A stretch of 64,000 bases of DNA from the human T2T-CHM13v2.0 reference genome, Homo sapiens. The DNA lies in assembly GCF_009914755.1 (NCBI RefSeq), contig NC_060927.1, one strand, 5' to 3'. The notes beneath the pieces are model-generated. The model saw nothing but the letters and a program-made list of their open reading frames with translations, was not told where the DNA came from and did no database searches. Numbering within the stretch: the first letter of the stretch is position 1; the number at the start of each line of letters is the position of its first letter. Positions 16,144 to 29,879 of the stretch are shown here, piece after piece. A program made the translations under genes and the position numbers.

Positions 16144-17078
16144 TATGTATATACATGTATATATACACACACATGTACATATATGTACACATGAGTATAT
16201 GTGTACATACATATGTGTATATGCATATACACACATATATGTACATATATACATATACATATATGTACATATATACATACATATGTGTACACACATATAT
16301 GTACATACATACACATGTGTACACGTATACATACATGCGCACATATATACACATGAGCACATATATACACGTGCACATATGTACACATATGCGTATATAC
16401 ACATGCGTACATATATACACATGCGTACATATATACACATGCGCACATATATACACATGCGCACATGTATACACATGCGCTCATGTATACACATATGCGT
16501 ATATGCACATATGTGCACATATATACACATATGCGTATATGCACATGTGTGCACATATATACACATATGCGTATATGCACATGTGTGCACATATATACAC
16601 ATATGCGTATATACACATGTGTGTACATATATACACACATGTGTACATATGTGTACATATATACACATATATACACATATGCGTACGTATGTACACATAT
16701 GTATATATACACGCATATATATACATATGTGTGTATATATACGCATATATACACATATGTGTGTATATATACGCGTATATACACACGTGTGTATATATAC
16801 GCGTATATACACCTATGTGTGTGTATATACGCGTATATACACCTATGTGTGTGTATATACGCGTATATACACCTATGTGTGTGTATATACGCGTATATAC
16901 ACCTATGTGTGTGTATATACGCGTATATACACCTATGTGTGTGTATATACGCGTATATACACCTATGTGTGTGTATATACGCGTATATACACCTATGTGT
17001 GTGTATATACGCGTATATACACACATATGTGTACATACACACACACACACACACACACACAAGCATGCACACACATGC
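16144..17078. repeat. Compound alternating purine/pyrimidine micro/minisatellite including 30-bp x7 perfect array (16801-17010) and (CA)n
   Basis: Unit gcgtatatacacctatgtgtgtgtatatac; upstream 18-, 36- and 30-bp subarrays. Confidence 0.98.
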
Positions 17079-20000
17079 CCACAAACACTCCATTTTTATT
17101 ATCTATCCACTGACACTTAGGTTGACCCTACATCTTGATAGCATATGAAGAGACATTTTCTGGTAGTGCACTTATCTGTTCAACATACTGATTTCAATTT
17201 TTTTGGATAAATTGGATATGTATATATTCATCTATATCTAAAAGTAAGAGTGCTGGATTGTATGGTGGTTCTATTTATAGTTTTTTGAGGCAGCTCTATA
17301 CTGTTTACTTTATAGAACATTTTTTATGGTAACAGTTTACGTTCCCACCAACAGCGTATAAGGGTTCCTTTTCTTCACGTCCTCACTAACACTTTTTATC
17401 ATTTGACTTTTTGATAACAACCATCCTAGCAGCCGTGAGGTGATATCTCATTGTGGTTTTGATGAGCATTTCCCTGATGATTGGTGATGTTGAAAAGTTT
17501 TTCATATATCTGTTGGCCATTTGTATGTCTTTTTGGAAAAATATCTATTCAAGTTCTTAACCTATTTTTAAATTGAGGTTTGTTTTTTTTTTTTACTGTT
17601 GAGTTGTGATTTCCTCAAATATTTTGAATGTTAATCCCCATTGAATATGTAGTTTTCAAATATTTTTTCCATTGTGTAGGTCGTTTTTGCATTTTGTAGA
17701 TTGTTTCCTTTGCTGTGAAGAAATTTTTTAGTTTGTTGCAGTTCCACTTGTTTATTTTTGTTTTGCTGCATGTGTTTTTAGAGTCATACTAATAAAATCT
17801 TTGTGAAGGACAGTATCAAGAAGAATTTTCTGCTTTGTTTCCTTCTAGGATTTTATGGATTCAATTTTTAAGTCTTTAATCCATTTTGAGTTGATTTTTG
17901 TATATGCTGTAAGGTAAGGGTACAATTTTAGTCTTTGGCATGTGGACATCAAGTTTCCCAGCCTTCTGTATTGACAGATAATCTTTTCTACATTGTGTGT
18001 TCTTGGCACCTTTTTGAAGATTACTTGATTGTATATGCATTGGTTTATTTCTGGTATCTCTATTCTGTTCAATTTGCCTATCTCAAGATTGCTCTGGCTA
18101 TTCAAGATCTTTTGTTCCATGCAAGTTTTAGTGTTTTTTTTCTGTTTCTGTGAAAAATGTCATTAGAATTTTGATAGAGATTGTGTTAAATCTGTAGATT
18201 GCTTTGGATAATGTAAACATTTTAAAAGCATTCTTCCAAGCTGTGAACATGGGATTAATTTCCATTTATTTATGCCTTCAATTTTTTTCATCAATGTTTT
18301 ATAATTTCCGGTGTAGATATATTTCACCTCCTTGGTTAAATTGATGCCTAAGCATTTTATTCTTTTTGATTCTATTGTAAACAGGAGTGTTCTCTTATAT
18401 TTTGTATAGTTTGTTGTTACTGTACAGAAACACAACTGATTATGTAGATTTTTTGTCTTGAAAGTGCTGATTTTATTAGTTTTAACGGTGTTTTTGTGGA
18501 ATCTTTAAGGTTTTCAACATACAACATCATGTCATCTGTAAACAGAGACAGTTTTATTTCTTTCCAATTCATGTGTCTTTTCTTTTTTTTTTTTTTTCTT
18601 TTTTTTTGGCTAGGAATTCCAGTACCATTTGAATAGAAGTGGTTAGAGTGGGCGTTATTTGTCCTTTTTTTTTTTTTTTTGATGTTAGAGGAAATGCCTT
18701 GAACTTCCCACAATTGAGTGTGATGTTTGCTGTAGGTTTATCATATACGGCCCTTATTATATTGAGGTATGTTCCTTCTATACCTAATTTGTTGAGAGTT
18801 ACTGTAAAAGGATGTTGAAATTTGATAGATGATTTTTCCACATATTTAGATATAATCATATAATGCTTTATTTTCATTCTGTTAATGTGGTGTTTCACAT
18901 TTATTGATTTGTGTATGTTGAACTATCCTTGCATGGCAGGGTTACCTCCACTTCATCATGGTGTATAATCCCTTTTATATGCTGTAGAATTCAGTTTGCT
19001 ATTTTGATATTTTTTTGAAGATTTCTGCATCTATGCCCATCAGAGATTTGGGCCTACAATTTCTTTTTCTTGGACTGTCTTGGTATGGCTTGGATATCAA
19101 GATAATCCTGGTCTCATAAAATAAATTTGGAAGTGTTTCTTCCTCTTCAATTTCTGAAAGAGTTTGAAATGGATTGGTGTTAATTCTTCTTTAAATGTTT
19201 GGTAGACCCTACTCATGAAAGCATCTGGTCCTGGGCTTTTCTTTGTTGGGAGATTATTGATTACCAATTCAGTCCTCCGTGTCATGACTGATCTGCTCAG
19301 ATTTTCTGTTTCTTCATCATTTAGTCATGTTGGGTTGTAGGTTTCTAGGGATTTTTCCAGTTTTTCTAGATGATCCAGTTTGTTGGTATATAATTTTTTC
19401 AGAGTAGTCTCATGATTCTTCATATTTCTGTGGTATTAATTGTAATGTCTCCTCTTTCATTTCTAATTTGATTTGAATCTTCTCTTCTTTTTTAGTCTAG
19501 GTAAAGGTTTGTTGATTTTTGGTTATTTCAGAAAAGCAACTCAGTTCTATTGATGTTTTCTATTGGTTTTCTAGTATCTATTTTATTTATTTCTATTCTA
19601 ATCTTTCTTATTTCCTTTCTTCTGCTATCTCTGAGCTTAGTTCCTTCTCCTTTTTCTAATTTCTTCAGGTATAAAGTTAGAGTTCTCTCATTTTCTTAAT
19701 GTAGACATTAATTGGTATAAATATCCCCTTTAGAGTTATTTTTGCTACATCTCATAAATTTTGATAGGTTGTATTTACATATTTGTTTGTCTCAAGATAG
19801 TTTTTGGTTTCCCTTTGATTTCTTCTTGACCTATTGGTTGTTCAGGAGTGTGCTACTTAATTTTCCCACATTTGTGAGTTTTTGTGCTATTACTGGTTTC
19901 TTGTTTCATATGATTGTAGTCAGAATAGATACTCCATATATTTCAATCTTCCTATTTGTTGAGACTTGTTTTGTGTCCCAAAATATGACCTCTTCTGGAG

Positions 20001-21492
20001 AATGCTCTGTGTACAGTTGAGAAGAATATGTATTCTGCTGTTGAATGGGATATTCTGTATATGTCTGTTAGGTTCATTTGGTTTATAGTGTTGTTCAAGT
20101 GCATTGTTTCCATATTGATTTTCTGTCTGGCTGTTCTAGTCACTGTTGAAAGTGAAGAATTAAAGTCCTCTATTGTTACTATGTTGTTGTTTATTCTTCC
20201 TTTAAGTACTGTTTATATTCATTTTACATATTCAGTTGCTCTAATGTTGGGTATATATATATTTACTTTTGTTATATCTTTTTAATATATTGACCCTTTA
20301 TCATAATATAATAATTTGTTTTTTCTCTTGTTACAGTTTATTGACTTAGACCCTGTTGTGTACAAGTATAGCCACATTTGCTCTCTTTTAGTTGCCATTT
20401 GCATAGAATACCTTTTTCCATCCCTTCACTTTCAGCCTATACATGTCTTGAAAGCTAAAATGAGTCTCTTGTAGGCAGCATATAATTGGATTTGAAAAAA
20501 CTTTTGTTTAGCCATTCTGTCTTTTGATGGATGAATTTAAACCATTTACAGTTAAAGTAGAGTTTTTGTAGGGAACTGAACTTAATTTATAGGTAAGGGC
20601 TTATGATTGCCATTTTGGTAATTGTTTCTGATAGTTTTATAGTTTCTTTTTTTTTTTCTTTATTTTTCTCTCTGTTGTTCTTTTCTTCCTTTGGGATTTG
20701 ATTATCTGTTGTGGTATGATTTGATTCCTTTTCCTTTACCTTTCGAGTATTGGCTATTTTGCTTTGTGGTTACTGTGAGGCTTAAATTTTGTGATTATAC
20801 CAGTCTATTTTAAGCTGATAACAACTTAAGTTCAGTTGCATACAAAAACTCTACACTTTTGATTACTTGCCCAACATTTTATGTTTTCAGTGTCACAATT
20901 TACATCTTTTTATATTGTGTATCCAATAAGAAGATATTATAGTTATTTTTAATACTTTGTCATTTAACCTTTATACTAGGTTAAATGCAATTTACACAGC
21001 ACCATTACATTACAAAAGTAGAGTATTCTGAATTTGACTATATATTTACTTTTTAATTAGTGAATTTTCTACTTCATACATTTACATGTTTGTCATTAGT
21101 GTCCTTTCATTTCCACTTGAACTCTATTTAGCATTTCTTATAGGGCAAGCCTAGTGGTGATGAATTCCCTCTGCTTTTGTTTGTTTGGGAAAGTTTGTAT
21201 TTTTCATTTGTGAAGTGCAGCATTGTCAGGTACAGCATTCTTGGTTGGCAGTTTTTTTTTCAGTACTTTGAATATGTCATCCCATTTTCTCCTGGCCTAC
21301 TAAGTTTCTGATGAGAAATTCACTGATAGCCTTATGGAGGTTTCCTTTTATGTGAGGATTTTTCTTTGCTGCTTTCAAGATTCTCTCTGTCTTGGATATT
21401 TTTGAAGTTTGATTATAATGTGTCTAGGTATAGTCTTGTTTGGTTTGAACTTCATTAAAGACTTTTGAGCTTTCTGTACCTCCATATTAATA

Positions 21493-22169
21493 TAGGTTGT
21501 GTGTTGTCTTCATCCATTTTGTGTTGTTATAATAGAATATCAGAGACTGCATAATTTATTAAAAAAAGAGGTTTATTAGCTCATGGTTCTGCAGGCAGAA
21601 AAGTTCAAAGGCATGACCCTTGCTCTGCTGAGGGTTTTAGTGCTGCATCATGACATGGCAAAGAAAGTCAAAGGGGAAGCAGACACATGCAAAGAGACAA
21701 AACCCAAGAGTATCCTGGCTTTATAACAATCCAGTCTTTCGGGAAGTAATCTACTTCCATGAGAACTAACCCAGTCTCACCAGGTGAGAATTCACTATAA
21801 AAATAATGGCAGCAAGCCAATTATGACGGATCTTTCAAGACCCAAACAACTTCCAGTAGGCCCCATCTCCCAATACCACAACAGTGGGGATCAAATTTCA
21901 GCCTGAGTTTTGGTGGTAACAAACCACATCCATACCACAGCAAGTGTCTCTTACCTGAAATGCTTGGGACGAGCAGTGTTTTGGCTTTTTGATTTTTTTC
22001 AGATTTTTGATGAGATATTCTTATCATCTGCTTATCATCTCTAATCTGGAAATCAGAAATCCAAAATGCTCCAGAGAGCATTGCCTTTGAGTATCATGTC
22101 AGTACTCAAAAAGTTGTGGATTTTGGAACATTTTTGATTCCAGATTTCTAATTAGAAATATTCAGCCTG
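21493..22169. mobile_element. Tigger4 (MER46/ZOMBI) MITE, split by an MST LTR
   Basis: ta-taggttg|LTR|agtgtctcttacctgaaatgcttgggac ... ttcagcctg-ta. Confidence 0.85.
21505..21942 (-). mobile_element. MaLR solo LTR (MSTC/D-like)
   Basis: tg...ca termini; 5-bp TSD tgtgt/agtgt. Confidence 0.88.
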
Positions 22170-24029
22170 TAACTTTCACCAGATTTGAGAAGTTTTCAGC
22201 TATTATGTCTTTAAATAAGCTTTTTGTTCTTTTCTCTTTCTCTTCTTTTTAGGACTCCCATAATGTATTTTTTTTACTTTTCACTTAAAGGTGTCCTGTA
22301 AGTCCCTTATGCTTCCTTTCCTCATTTTAATTTTTTTCCTTTTTTTTTTTCCTCTGGGTAATTTCAAAATATTTGTTTTTAAGTTTACAGATTCTTTCTT
22401 TAGCTTGATCAAGTCTACTGTTGAAGGTATTACATCTTAAAATTTCATTCATAGCATTCTTTTACTCCTGGATTTTTGTATGGTTCTTTAGGATTTATTT
22501 GGTTGCATTGAATTTCTAATTTTGTTCATGTATTGCTTTTCTGATCTTGTTGTCTATTTGTGTTCTCTTTCAGTGAGCTCTTTAAAATAATTATTATGAA
22601 TTCCTTTTCAGAAATTTCAATAATATCCTTTCCTTTGGGGTCAGTTACTTGTGAATTGTTGTGTTTCTTTGGTTATGTCATTTTTTCCCCCATCATGTTT
22701 CTTGTGGCCTTGTGTTGAAGTCTGCACATTTGAAGAGCAATCACCTCTTCCAGGCTTTGTTGACTGGCTTCAGTGGGGAAAAAAATTCAGCTGTAAGTTG
22801 GTGTGAGGGTGTCAGTTGTATGGGTTGTGATGGATCTGTTATTCAGGGAGTACAGTGGTATAGCCTTTGGGCAGCTAAGGTCAGTAGGAGCAAACACTGT
22901 AAGGGCCATGGCTGTGGATATTTGTGGCAGCGGCAGCAGCAGAAGAGGAATGTTGGGGTCCTTGGTATCAAAGATTGCTGGGGTCCACCTGTTCTCCTTT
23001 TCTCTGTTGGGGGGAAGTGCTGGCTGAGGGGATCGGCCTCATCAGTGGGTCTGGTGTGGCCCCAAGTAGCCACTACAGTGTTGGATTCCAGGGTGCAGGC
23101 ACTCAGGGTGGCTGCAGAACCAGAGTTTTAGGCTCAGGGGCTCATGGAACTCCTGCGGCACCTGGATCTCGGGGCATGAGTACAATCACTGAGGTGTGGG
23201 CATGTGTAGATCACTTGTGGGGATAGGGCTTGGGACTCTAGGGTATGCACCAGTGGTTTAGGCCTGGGGGTACAGGGATAGAGTGGCTTAGATTTTAGAT
23301 GGTAAGGTGCAGCAGTAGCACAGCCCCAAAGATGAAGGGGCCCTGTGGTGGCTCAGGCCCTAGAAAATGGCAGGGTGCCATGGCAGCCTGAGACCTGGGG
23401 GGCAGGGCACATCAACATTAAGGCCCTGGGGTGAAGGGCACAGCATATTGGTGGCTCCAGACCTTGGATGGTGCAGCACTTTGGCTTCTCATTCCCAAGG
23501 AGTTGGACACAGCGGCAACTTAGTTCCCAAGGATGACAATGCACAGCACAGGTGTGACCCTGGCCCCTATCGTCCACTTAGTTTTTCTCTTTTCAGCCCT
23601 AATTTTAGCCTTCCAAAATTTACTTAGTTCTTTGATTTTTCCTTTTATTTTGGTATCCATTTCTCTAACTCTAAATGAAGATCCTCATATTTTAATTAAT
23701 GTTATTTATCTATGGTGTTATCTATTTTTTCTTCAGGACATTTAGATTTGTTTCTACAACTGGATATTTTAGAGTATGGGTTTTGTTTTATTCTGACATG
23801 TTTCTAAATCTCTAACAGCAGTTTTCCTTGCCCCTGAAAGCTACCTATGTACTGATGAGGAACTGTCCACCCTTGAAATGGGTGTGCTGGGTTCTGATCA
23901 GTGGATCTTGGATTGTTGGTCTCACTCTCCTCCTTCCTGTCTTCATTGGCCACATCCTGGTTTAAGGTCCATTCTGCAGTGTATTTTTCTAGTATCTATA
24001 AAGGACTTTCTTAGCTAAAATTTCTTTCA

Positions 24030-24145
24030 TTATTCAATCATTCTTTTTTATCAGCTATTAATTAAGTAGCTAATATGTGCTGGGAACAGCAGAGTAAAAT
24101 AGATATGGGCCCTAGTTTGATGAAGATTACATTCTGGTGGGATAC
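24030..24145 (-). mobile_element. L2 3' end
   Basis: attcaatcatt...ctaatatgtgctggg...acattctggtggg. Confidence 0.6.
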
Positions 24146-24264
24146 AGTTTCATAAACATATACACATGCAAGCACACACTCCTAATGCTTTGCTAATATT
24201 TCTCTTTTGTGTGGAGGCTTTCATTAGTCTTTCATTTTCTGCAGAATAGAATTTGTAAGGATGG

Positions 24265-24615
24265 TTGATCTTGACATTCAGAATCCTCCAGCCTCACTTT
24301 CCAGTCTTCTTTCCATTGTTCCCCAGCTTCACTTGAACACACTAGATGTCTAGCTGTTTCTGAAAATTGTATGTACTTTGCTGCCTTTCAGGTATGGGAC
24401 TGATCTTTTCTTCACCTTGTAGTGATTACCCTATCTCCTCCAGTCTTACCCGAGAGCCCTTAAAGGTCCATTTTTAATGCCACGTGGACTTCGTGAAACC
24501 TTTCTAGATCCAACAACTGAAAGTGACCCTTTCTCCTCTTTGCATGTATGTCTTTGCATCTACTTAATGACAGCTGTTATAAAGAAACTCTCTTTTCCCT
24601 GACCACACTGTAAAG
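24265..24615 (+). mobile_element. L2 fragment
   Basis: Pyrimidine-rich L2-like sequence (tcgtgaaacctttctagatcc, tgaccacactgtaa). Confidence 0.55.
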
Positions 24616-24619
24616 GCTG

Positions 24620-25065
24620 GCAAGGCAGAAATGCCACACTTAGAGGAGGATAATTTGATGAGGAATTATGGAAAGACGAATTACAAAGGTTTGGGAACTG
24701 GGTAAAGGAACCACAAGGGATACAGAGGAAACATGGAGCTTAAAGCGGAGCTGTCACAATCCCTGGCAGGGCAGATAGAGGGGTAGAGATTTCCAGAACC
24801 ACAAAGAAGAGAGTTGTATAAGCAGGCAGCGGTGAGAGGTCAGGTGACTTGTTGAGGGGTACACCGATGTACCCCTCACAGGGTGCCCTCACAGGGGATG
24901 AACTAGGCGAATGCATCATCTTTCCTCTGGTCTGCTGGGGCTCCCACTGGCCATGTTCAGTGAGAAACCAGAGGGCATTGGACTCCACTGATGCAATACA
25001 ATTTGTCAGTGTTTCATGGACAGACTCTAATGGAGGGGAGAAAGTGTTTCTGGAGGAGAAAACTG
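24620..25065 (-). mobile_element. ERV-L LTR33-like solo LTR
   Basis: gccacactt...ttacaaaggtttggg...aaccacaagggatac; ctcccactggcc. Confidence 0.65.
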
Positions 25066-25244
25066 AAGCATATGGAGTCCAACTACACAGTGCTTTGTTC
25101 ATCTTTTCAAATTTTCTATGCCTAAATTGGCTTATTTTTAGCACTAGTAAATGAAGTACTGTATATTTACACATTTTATGCTTGTAGTTTCAGGACAGAT
25201 TAAACCATTATGGAAGACTATTTTTTTTCCTTTCTCGTTTTAAA

Positions 25245-25331
25245 ACTATTTTTGTAGAGACAGAGTCTTGCTATGTTGCCCAGGCTGGTCTCAAGGTCCT
25301 GGCCTCAAGTGATCCTCCTGCCTTGGCCTCC
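25245..25331 (-). mobile_element. FLAM/Alu left-arm fragment
   Basis: tttgtagagacagagtcttgctatgttgcccaggctggtctc. Confidence 0.85.
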
Positions 25332-27844
25332 TACTTCCTTTCTAAATATTTATATTGACATCTTTCTCCCAAAAGTGGATGATTCAAGGACTTTAGTGAT
25401 GTATCAATGACTAATCAAACTGTTTCTTTTGATTTTGGCTATATGTAATATTTATATGTCTATATAAATATGCCGATGCAGATGTGTGTAGATGTACATA
25501 TGTATATGGATAGGTACATCCGTCTCTACAGCAGTAATTCACAGAGAAAGGAAGATTGGTAGTCATACATATCAAGACAAAAATTGAACATTAGATTATG
25601 ATACTATATTGAATATAAAGATGCTTATAGATAGCTCATTTGAAAGATTTTTACATTTATACCAAAGATTTTATATTTATACCAAAATATATACACAATG
25701 CTTAGAATTGTAGTGGTCCTCTCCCAAGGTTGAGAAGACAAGTTAATTTGGATTAATAACTTTTAGTTTTTTTATACCAGAACTCATCAAATTCATGCTT
25801 AAATGTATGAGCAGCACCACTCATGTGGGGAGATGGGGAATAGCAGAACTATGGTTTATGAAGGAAGCCTCATGTGAGTTAACTCCAAACATATGATTCA
25901 TGCAATCAATAATGCAAGGCGGTGGGGATGGCTATGAGTCTGCAGAGATGTCCAGCTTCAGTGCCTCAACCGAGTCTTCATGTTGCAATGACTATGGGAA
26001 AAGTTTGATATCCCCTTACTCACTCCTTGAACTGAGAAGTGAATCCTTCATGCCTCAAATGCAAGTAGATGAAGTGCCTCAAAAAAATTCCTAGGACTTT
26101 GATTTAAAATCCTAATCAGAAAATTAGTTTCAAGTACAGATTTGGTCACATATAATTGTAAGCTGACATTGAACTTGCTTTATTTTAGACTTTTAAAGCA
26201 GATTAAATTTATGTTAAATTAGGTCTTCTCTCCTGTTTCCATTTGAACATAAATCTTTAAGCAACATTCCATCAATACTGTCTCTGGCTTCAGGGAATGG
26301 GTCCATTGTCCCACCGCAGTATCCAACAGTTGATTTTCGTGAGCCTCCCAGTTTCCCACTGATAAAAATTTAAGTAGCTTAAATCTTTCCTACAAATTAC
26401 CAGGTCATTTAAAAATAAATTGGGCTCATTTTAATCTAATTCCTAATGCATAACTGCCTGGGGAGTTATTTTCAGCTTCGTTTGTTGCAGTTTGCAATTA
26501 TCATGCTCCTTTTAAAGGAAAGAAAAGTAACAGGACTATATGTGAATTACCAATGATCTTTCAGAGGAATTCATATTTAAGTTAAGTAATAGGAGGAATG
26601 GAAGAGAGAATGGGTAATGATGCAGACTTGAGAAGGTCTGGAAAAAAATGGAAATAAGTGGTGAAGGAACGTAGGGCAGGTGCTAACATTTTACCTTGCT
26701 TGGGTCATGAAGATCCCATGTCTGCAAATAATGAGACTTCAGTTAAATAATTGAAAGTGCTTGATGACTTTCTAAGTCTGTTAAGTCTTTGATTCCATGA
26801 CTCTGAAGCTGCCAGCACAATTTTACTTTGACTAGTTCTGATTTCAAGAGAACAGGACTTGGGCGCTTAGTTTACAAAATGAACAGTGTAATTCAGACAT
26901 TGATTAACTGAGGGAATTGCTTTGACTCACAAGCTCTAGATTACAAATTCAGAATTGATTTCTTACTCTTCCAAGGTCTGTACATTATGACAGCATGGGA
27001 ATTACAGGAATCATTTCTGCAGCTCAAATGGAAATGTCCGTCTCCAGTACTCTTCACAGTGTTGTTAGGTTCGCTAGTTTAGAAGCACCAGTGAGGTGTA
27101 AATCAAAGATTGTGGGAATTCAAAGGAAGAAAAGATACTGTTTGGTTTAGAAACAAAAAGGTGGAATATGTACTTCAAGAAATCTTCATGACACAGGAGG
27201 CATTTGATAGAAAGATTGGTCACATTTAACAAGGTAGAGACATGGTGCATTGAATATTTAGATTAAATGTAGAAGCAGATAGAAGGCAAATGATAAGTTT
27301 AGAGTTTGACAAGAATTTCAGCTTTAGACATGGGGCTGGCAGGTGCTATGACTGTGCTACAGGGCCAGATGGTGAAGTGCTTGACCCAAGTGTTTGAATT
27401 TTCTCACGTGGGCAGCAAGGACTCAGTAATTAACAATTTGTAGAGTAAAATACTGAATTAGTTGAGACAAGACTGGGTATCATTTTTATTGTTTCAAATA
27501 TTTCAGAATACCAGCATGTTGTTTTGCCACTTTGGCATTTTAATGGAGATGTAAAATTTTCCTCTCCCCCCAATTTAGAGTGAACAGAAGGAGCTGTACT
27601 TCTAAAATAATATTGACATATGAGTTAGCTTTGTACAAACATAAAAGAGGATAATTAGCAAACATATGTTTGATTCCAATTTAGGTTAAAAACATTCACA
27701 TGTATTTAAAAGTGCACACCTTGACCTTTGGATGGCAAATAGCTGATAACAAAATCTTATTTTATGCAATGTCTTTTAAGTTTCATGTAATTATCCCTGT
27801 ATACCTAAGATGATAATAACCACAACAATAAAGACAGTCAACTT

Positions 27845-28055
27845 TTATAATCATAATCTAAGTGCTTGACATATAGTATTTCTTTAATCCTTGCAAGTCC
27901 ATGAGGCAGCTACTATTATCCTTCTTTTGCAGATGAAAAGACTGAGGCTTAGAGAGGCTGAATATTGTGCTGGGAGCCACACACCTAGTGAGTGGTAGAG
28001 CTGAGAATTGACCTAGCATTTTGACTCCAGAGTCCATGCTGCTAACTGTTTTTCC
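27845..28055 (-). mobile_element. MIR SINE
   Basis: ttttgcagatgaaaagactgaggcttagagagg...tgactccagagtccatgct. Confidence 0.85.
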
Positions 28056-28537
28056 AGGCTACCTCTCCTAGTGTGGTAGGGATTATCATCCAGGCTATGG
28101 AAACATAGAAACTAAGACTACGTGAGAAGTATAATGGTTTACGTAAGGTCTCTTATAAATAATATAAGGTTCCAAATTGTACTTGAAAAACACAATGTCT
28201 GGAAATGAACAACCATTCTTATGAATTGTAGCAAATGGAAATTTTTATCTTCAGTAACCATCACTCACTTGGAAATTTGGTTAAAGCTGCATTTATTGGA
28301 TCTTTGGCAAGGTTACGGCATGGTTAGAGAGTTTAATGTATGGAAATCAGTGGCACATGCTAATCTGGACAGGCGTCCTTTAACAATAACTGCAACAAGA
28401 GAAAGATTTCCTTGATCACCTCCCAGGCCTGGAGTAGGTAGTCCTCTTCAGTGCTCTTAGCATAGCCCAGACAGAGGTCTAGCATGAGTTTTTTTTTTTT
28501 TTTAAACTATCCATTTGTTTCTTCCATTGCTTTTTAA

Positions 28538-28730
28538 CTGGGGTTCTCATCCTTAGCACTATTGAAATTTTGGGCCCAATAATTATGTACTGTGCATTGT
28601 AGGATGATTGGTAGCACCCTTGGACTCTCCTACTAGATGCTAGTAGCATCACCCCAGTTCTAAATATCAAAAATGTTTCCAGACATTGCCAAATGTCCCC
28701 TGGTTAGCAGGTCATCCTCAGATGAGATGC
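28538..28730. mobile_element. MER20 (hAT-Charlie MITE)
   Basis: gcactattgaaattttgggcc...aaaaatgtttccagacattgccaaatgtcccctgg. Confidence 0.88.
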
Positions 28731-28812
28731 GCCTTTCTCTCTGAAGCTGTACTGCTCCTGTACCAGTCAGTACTCTCCAGCCAGTAGCAGGGCACTGGCT
28801 CCCAGTCTAGAG

Positions 28813-28983
28813 CAGGAGCTTTTAACCTGGAATCAAGGATCTCTGGATTTGCTAACCAGGATCCATAATCTCTTGGAATTATATAAAAATGTTTTGTGTA
28901 TGTGGCTTTTTCTCAGAAGAAGCCCAAGCTTTCAAAACATTCTCAAAGAGGTTGGTGGCTTTCAAAATGATTAAGATCATCCC
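28813..28983. mobile_element. MER103-like hAT MITE
   Basis: ttttaacctgg...aattatataaaaatgttttgtgtatgtg...attctcaaagagg. Confidence 0.65.
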
Positions 28984-29035
28984 CCTTGAGGGAATGCAGT
29001 GGACCACACATCAAGAGATTTTTATCTTGATCAGA

Positions 29036-29135
29036 GTGTGTGTGTGTGCACTCTCTCTCGCTCGCTCGCTCTCACTTTCGCTCGCTCTCTCTCACTCACT
29101 CTCTCTCGCTTTCTCTTGCTTACTCGTTCTCTCTC
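29036..29135. repeat. (TG)n plus degenerate (CT/CGCT)n compound microsatellite
   Basis: Directly visible. Confidence 0.92.
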
Positions 29136-29879
29136 AGTGAAGACTAAAGCATTCCCATTGGCTGGGATAGTAATACTATGAAGACACAGATTCCTGCAGA
29201 TCAGTCTTGTCACCAAAATGGGCCAGGCCTGTTTAAATGAGGGCACGGTTGCTACAGTGTTGTATAGGGTATGTTCTGTCTGGTGGGATGGTAGAAGACA
29301 GGTGGCCTTCTGATGGTGCAGGCAGGTGAGTAGGCTGTTGCTGTGGTTCATGGGTTGGAGGCTGTGGACTTCATCCTGGATGTTCTCCTGTAAATCTTGA
29401 AGATTAGTGTAGGGAATAGCATAAGTTCCAGAGAGGAAAGAGCCTACTGAAAATGATTTATTCTTGCTTCCAATCAGTTATCTATTCTCTCTTTTGAGGG
29501 TTTGGTCTAGAAATGTGGTGGACTTTTACATAAAGGGAAGGTAGAGGAGGGTGGTACAGGTAAAGAAAAAGAAACAAAACTCTGGAAATTGAAAAATGTG
29601 AGAATCGGGGAGACCTACAGATACTCATTCACTCTCAGAAGGGTCCTTTCCCTCAGACCTTAAAAATGTGTAGGATGTCATACATCAGCTCAATTTTGCA
29701 TTTTTTCTTTTTTTTTTTTGAAATGGGCTAAAGAAGGTGGACTGAGTCTTTTTTTGTTGCTTTTTGTTTTAGGTTACTAGTCCTAGTGGTGAACTTAATG
29801 TGACCTAGAGCTATGATTTTGAAGTATGGGCTGTGGCCCATTGATAATCTTTAGGGGTCTTCATGCCTCAAAACAGAAT

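Larger units (their letters stand above)
15680..23570 (-). mobile_element. Near full-length degraded L1MA (MA5-MA8-like)
   Basis: 3'UTR, ORF2 fragments ([24 protein letters not shown]), T-rich ORF1 region and GC-rich 5'UTR ~22750-23570; interrupted by a simple repeat, an MST LTR and Tigger4. Confidence 0.9.

Noticed and set aside
16089-17148. Long H/I/Y/T/C/V/M-rich ORFs (up to 343 aa) on both strands
   Set aside because: Alternating purine/pyrimidine DNA cannot contain TAA, TAG or TGA, so open frames are automatic.
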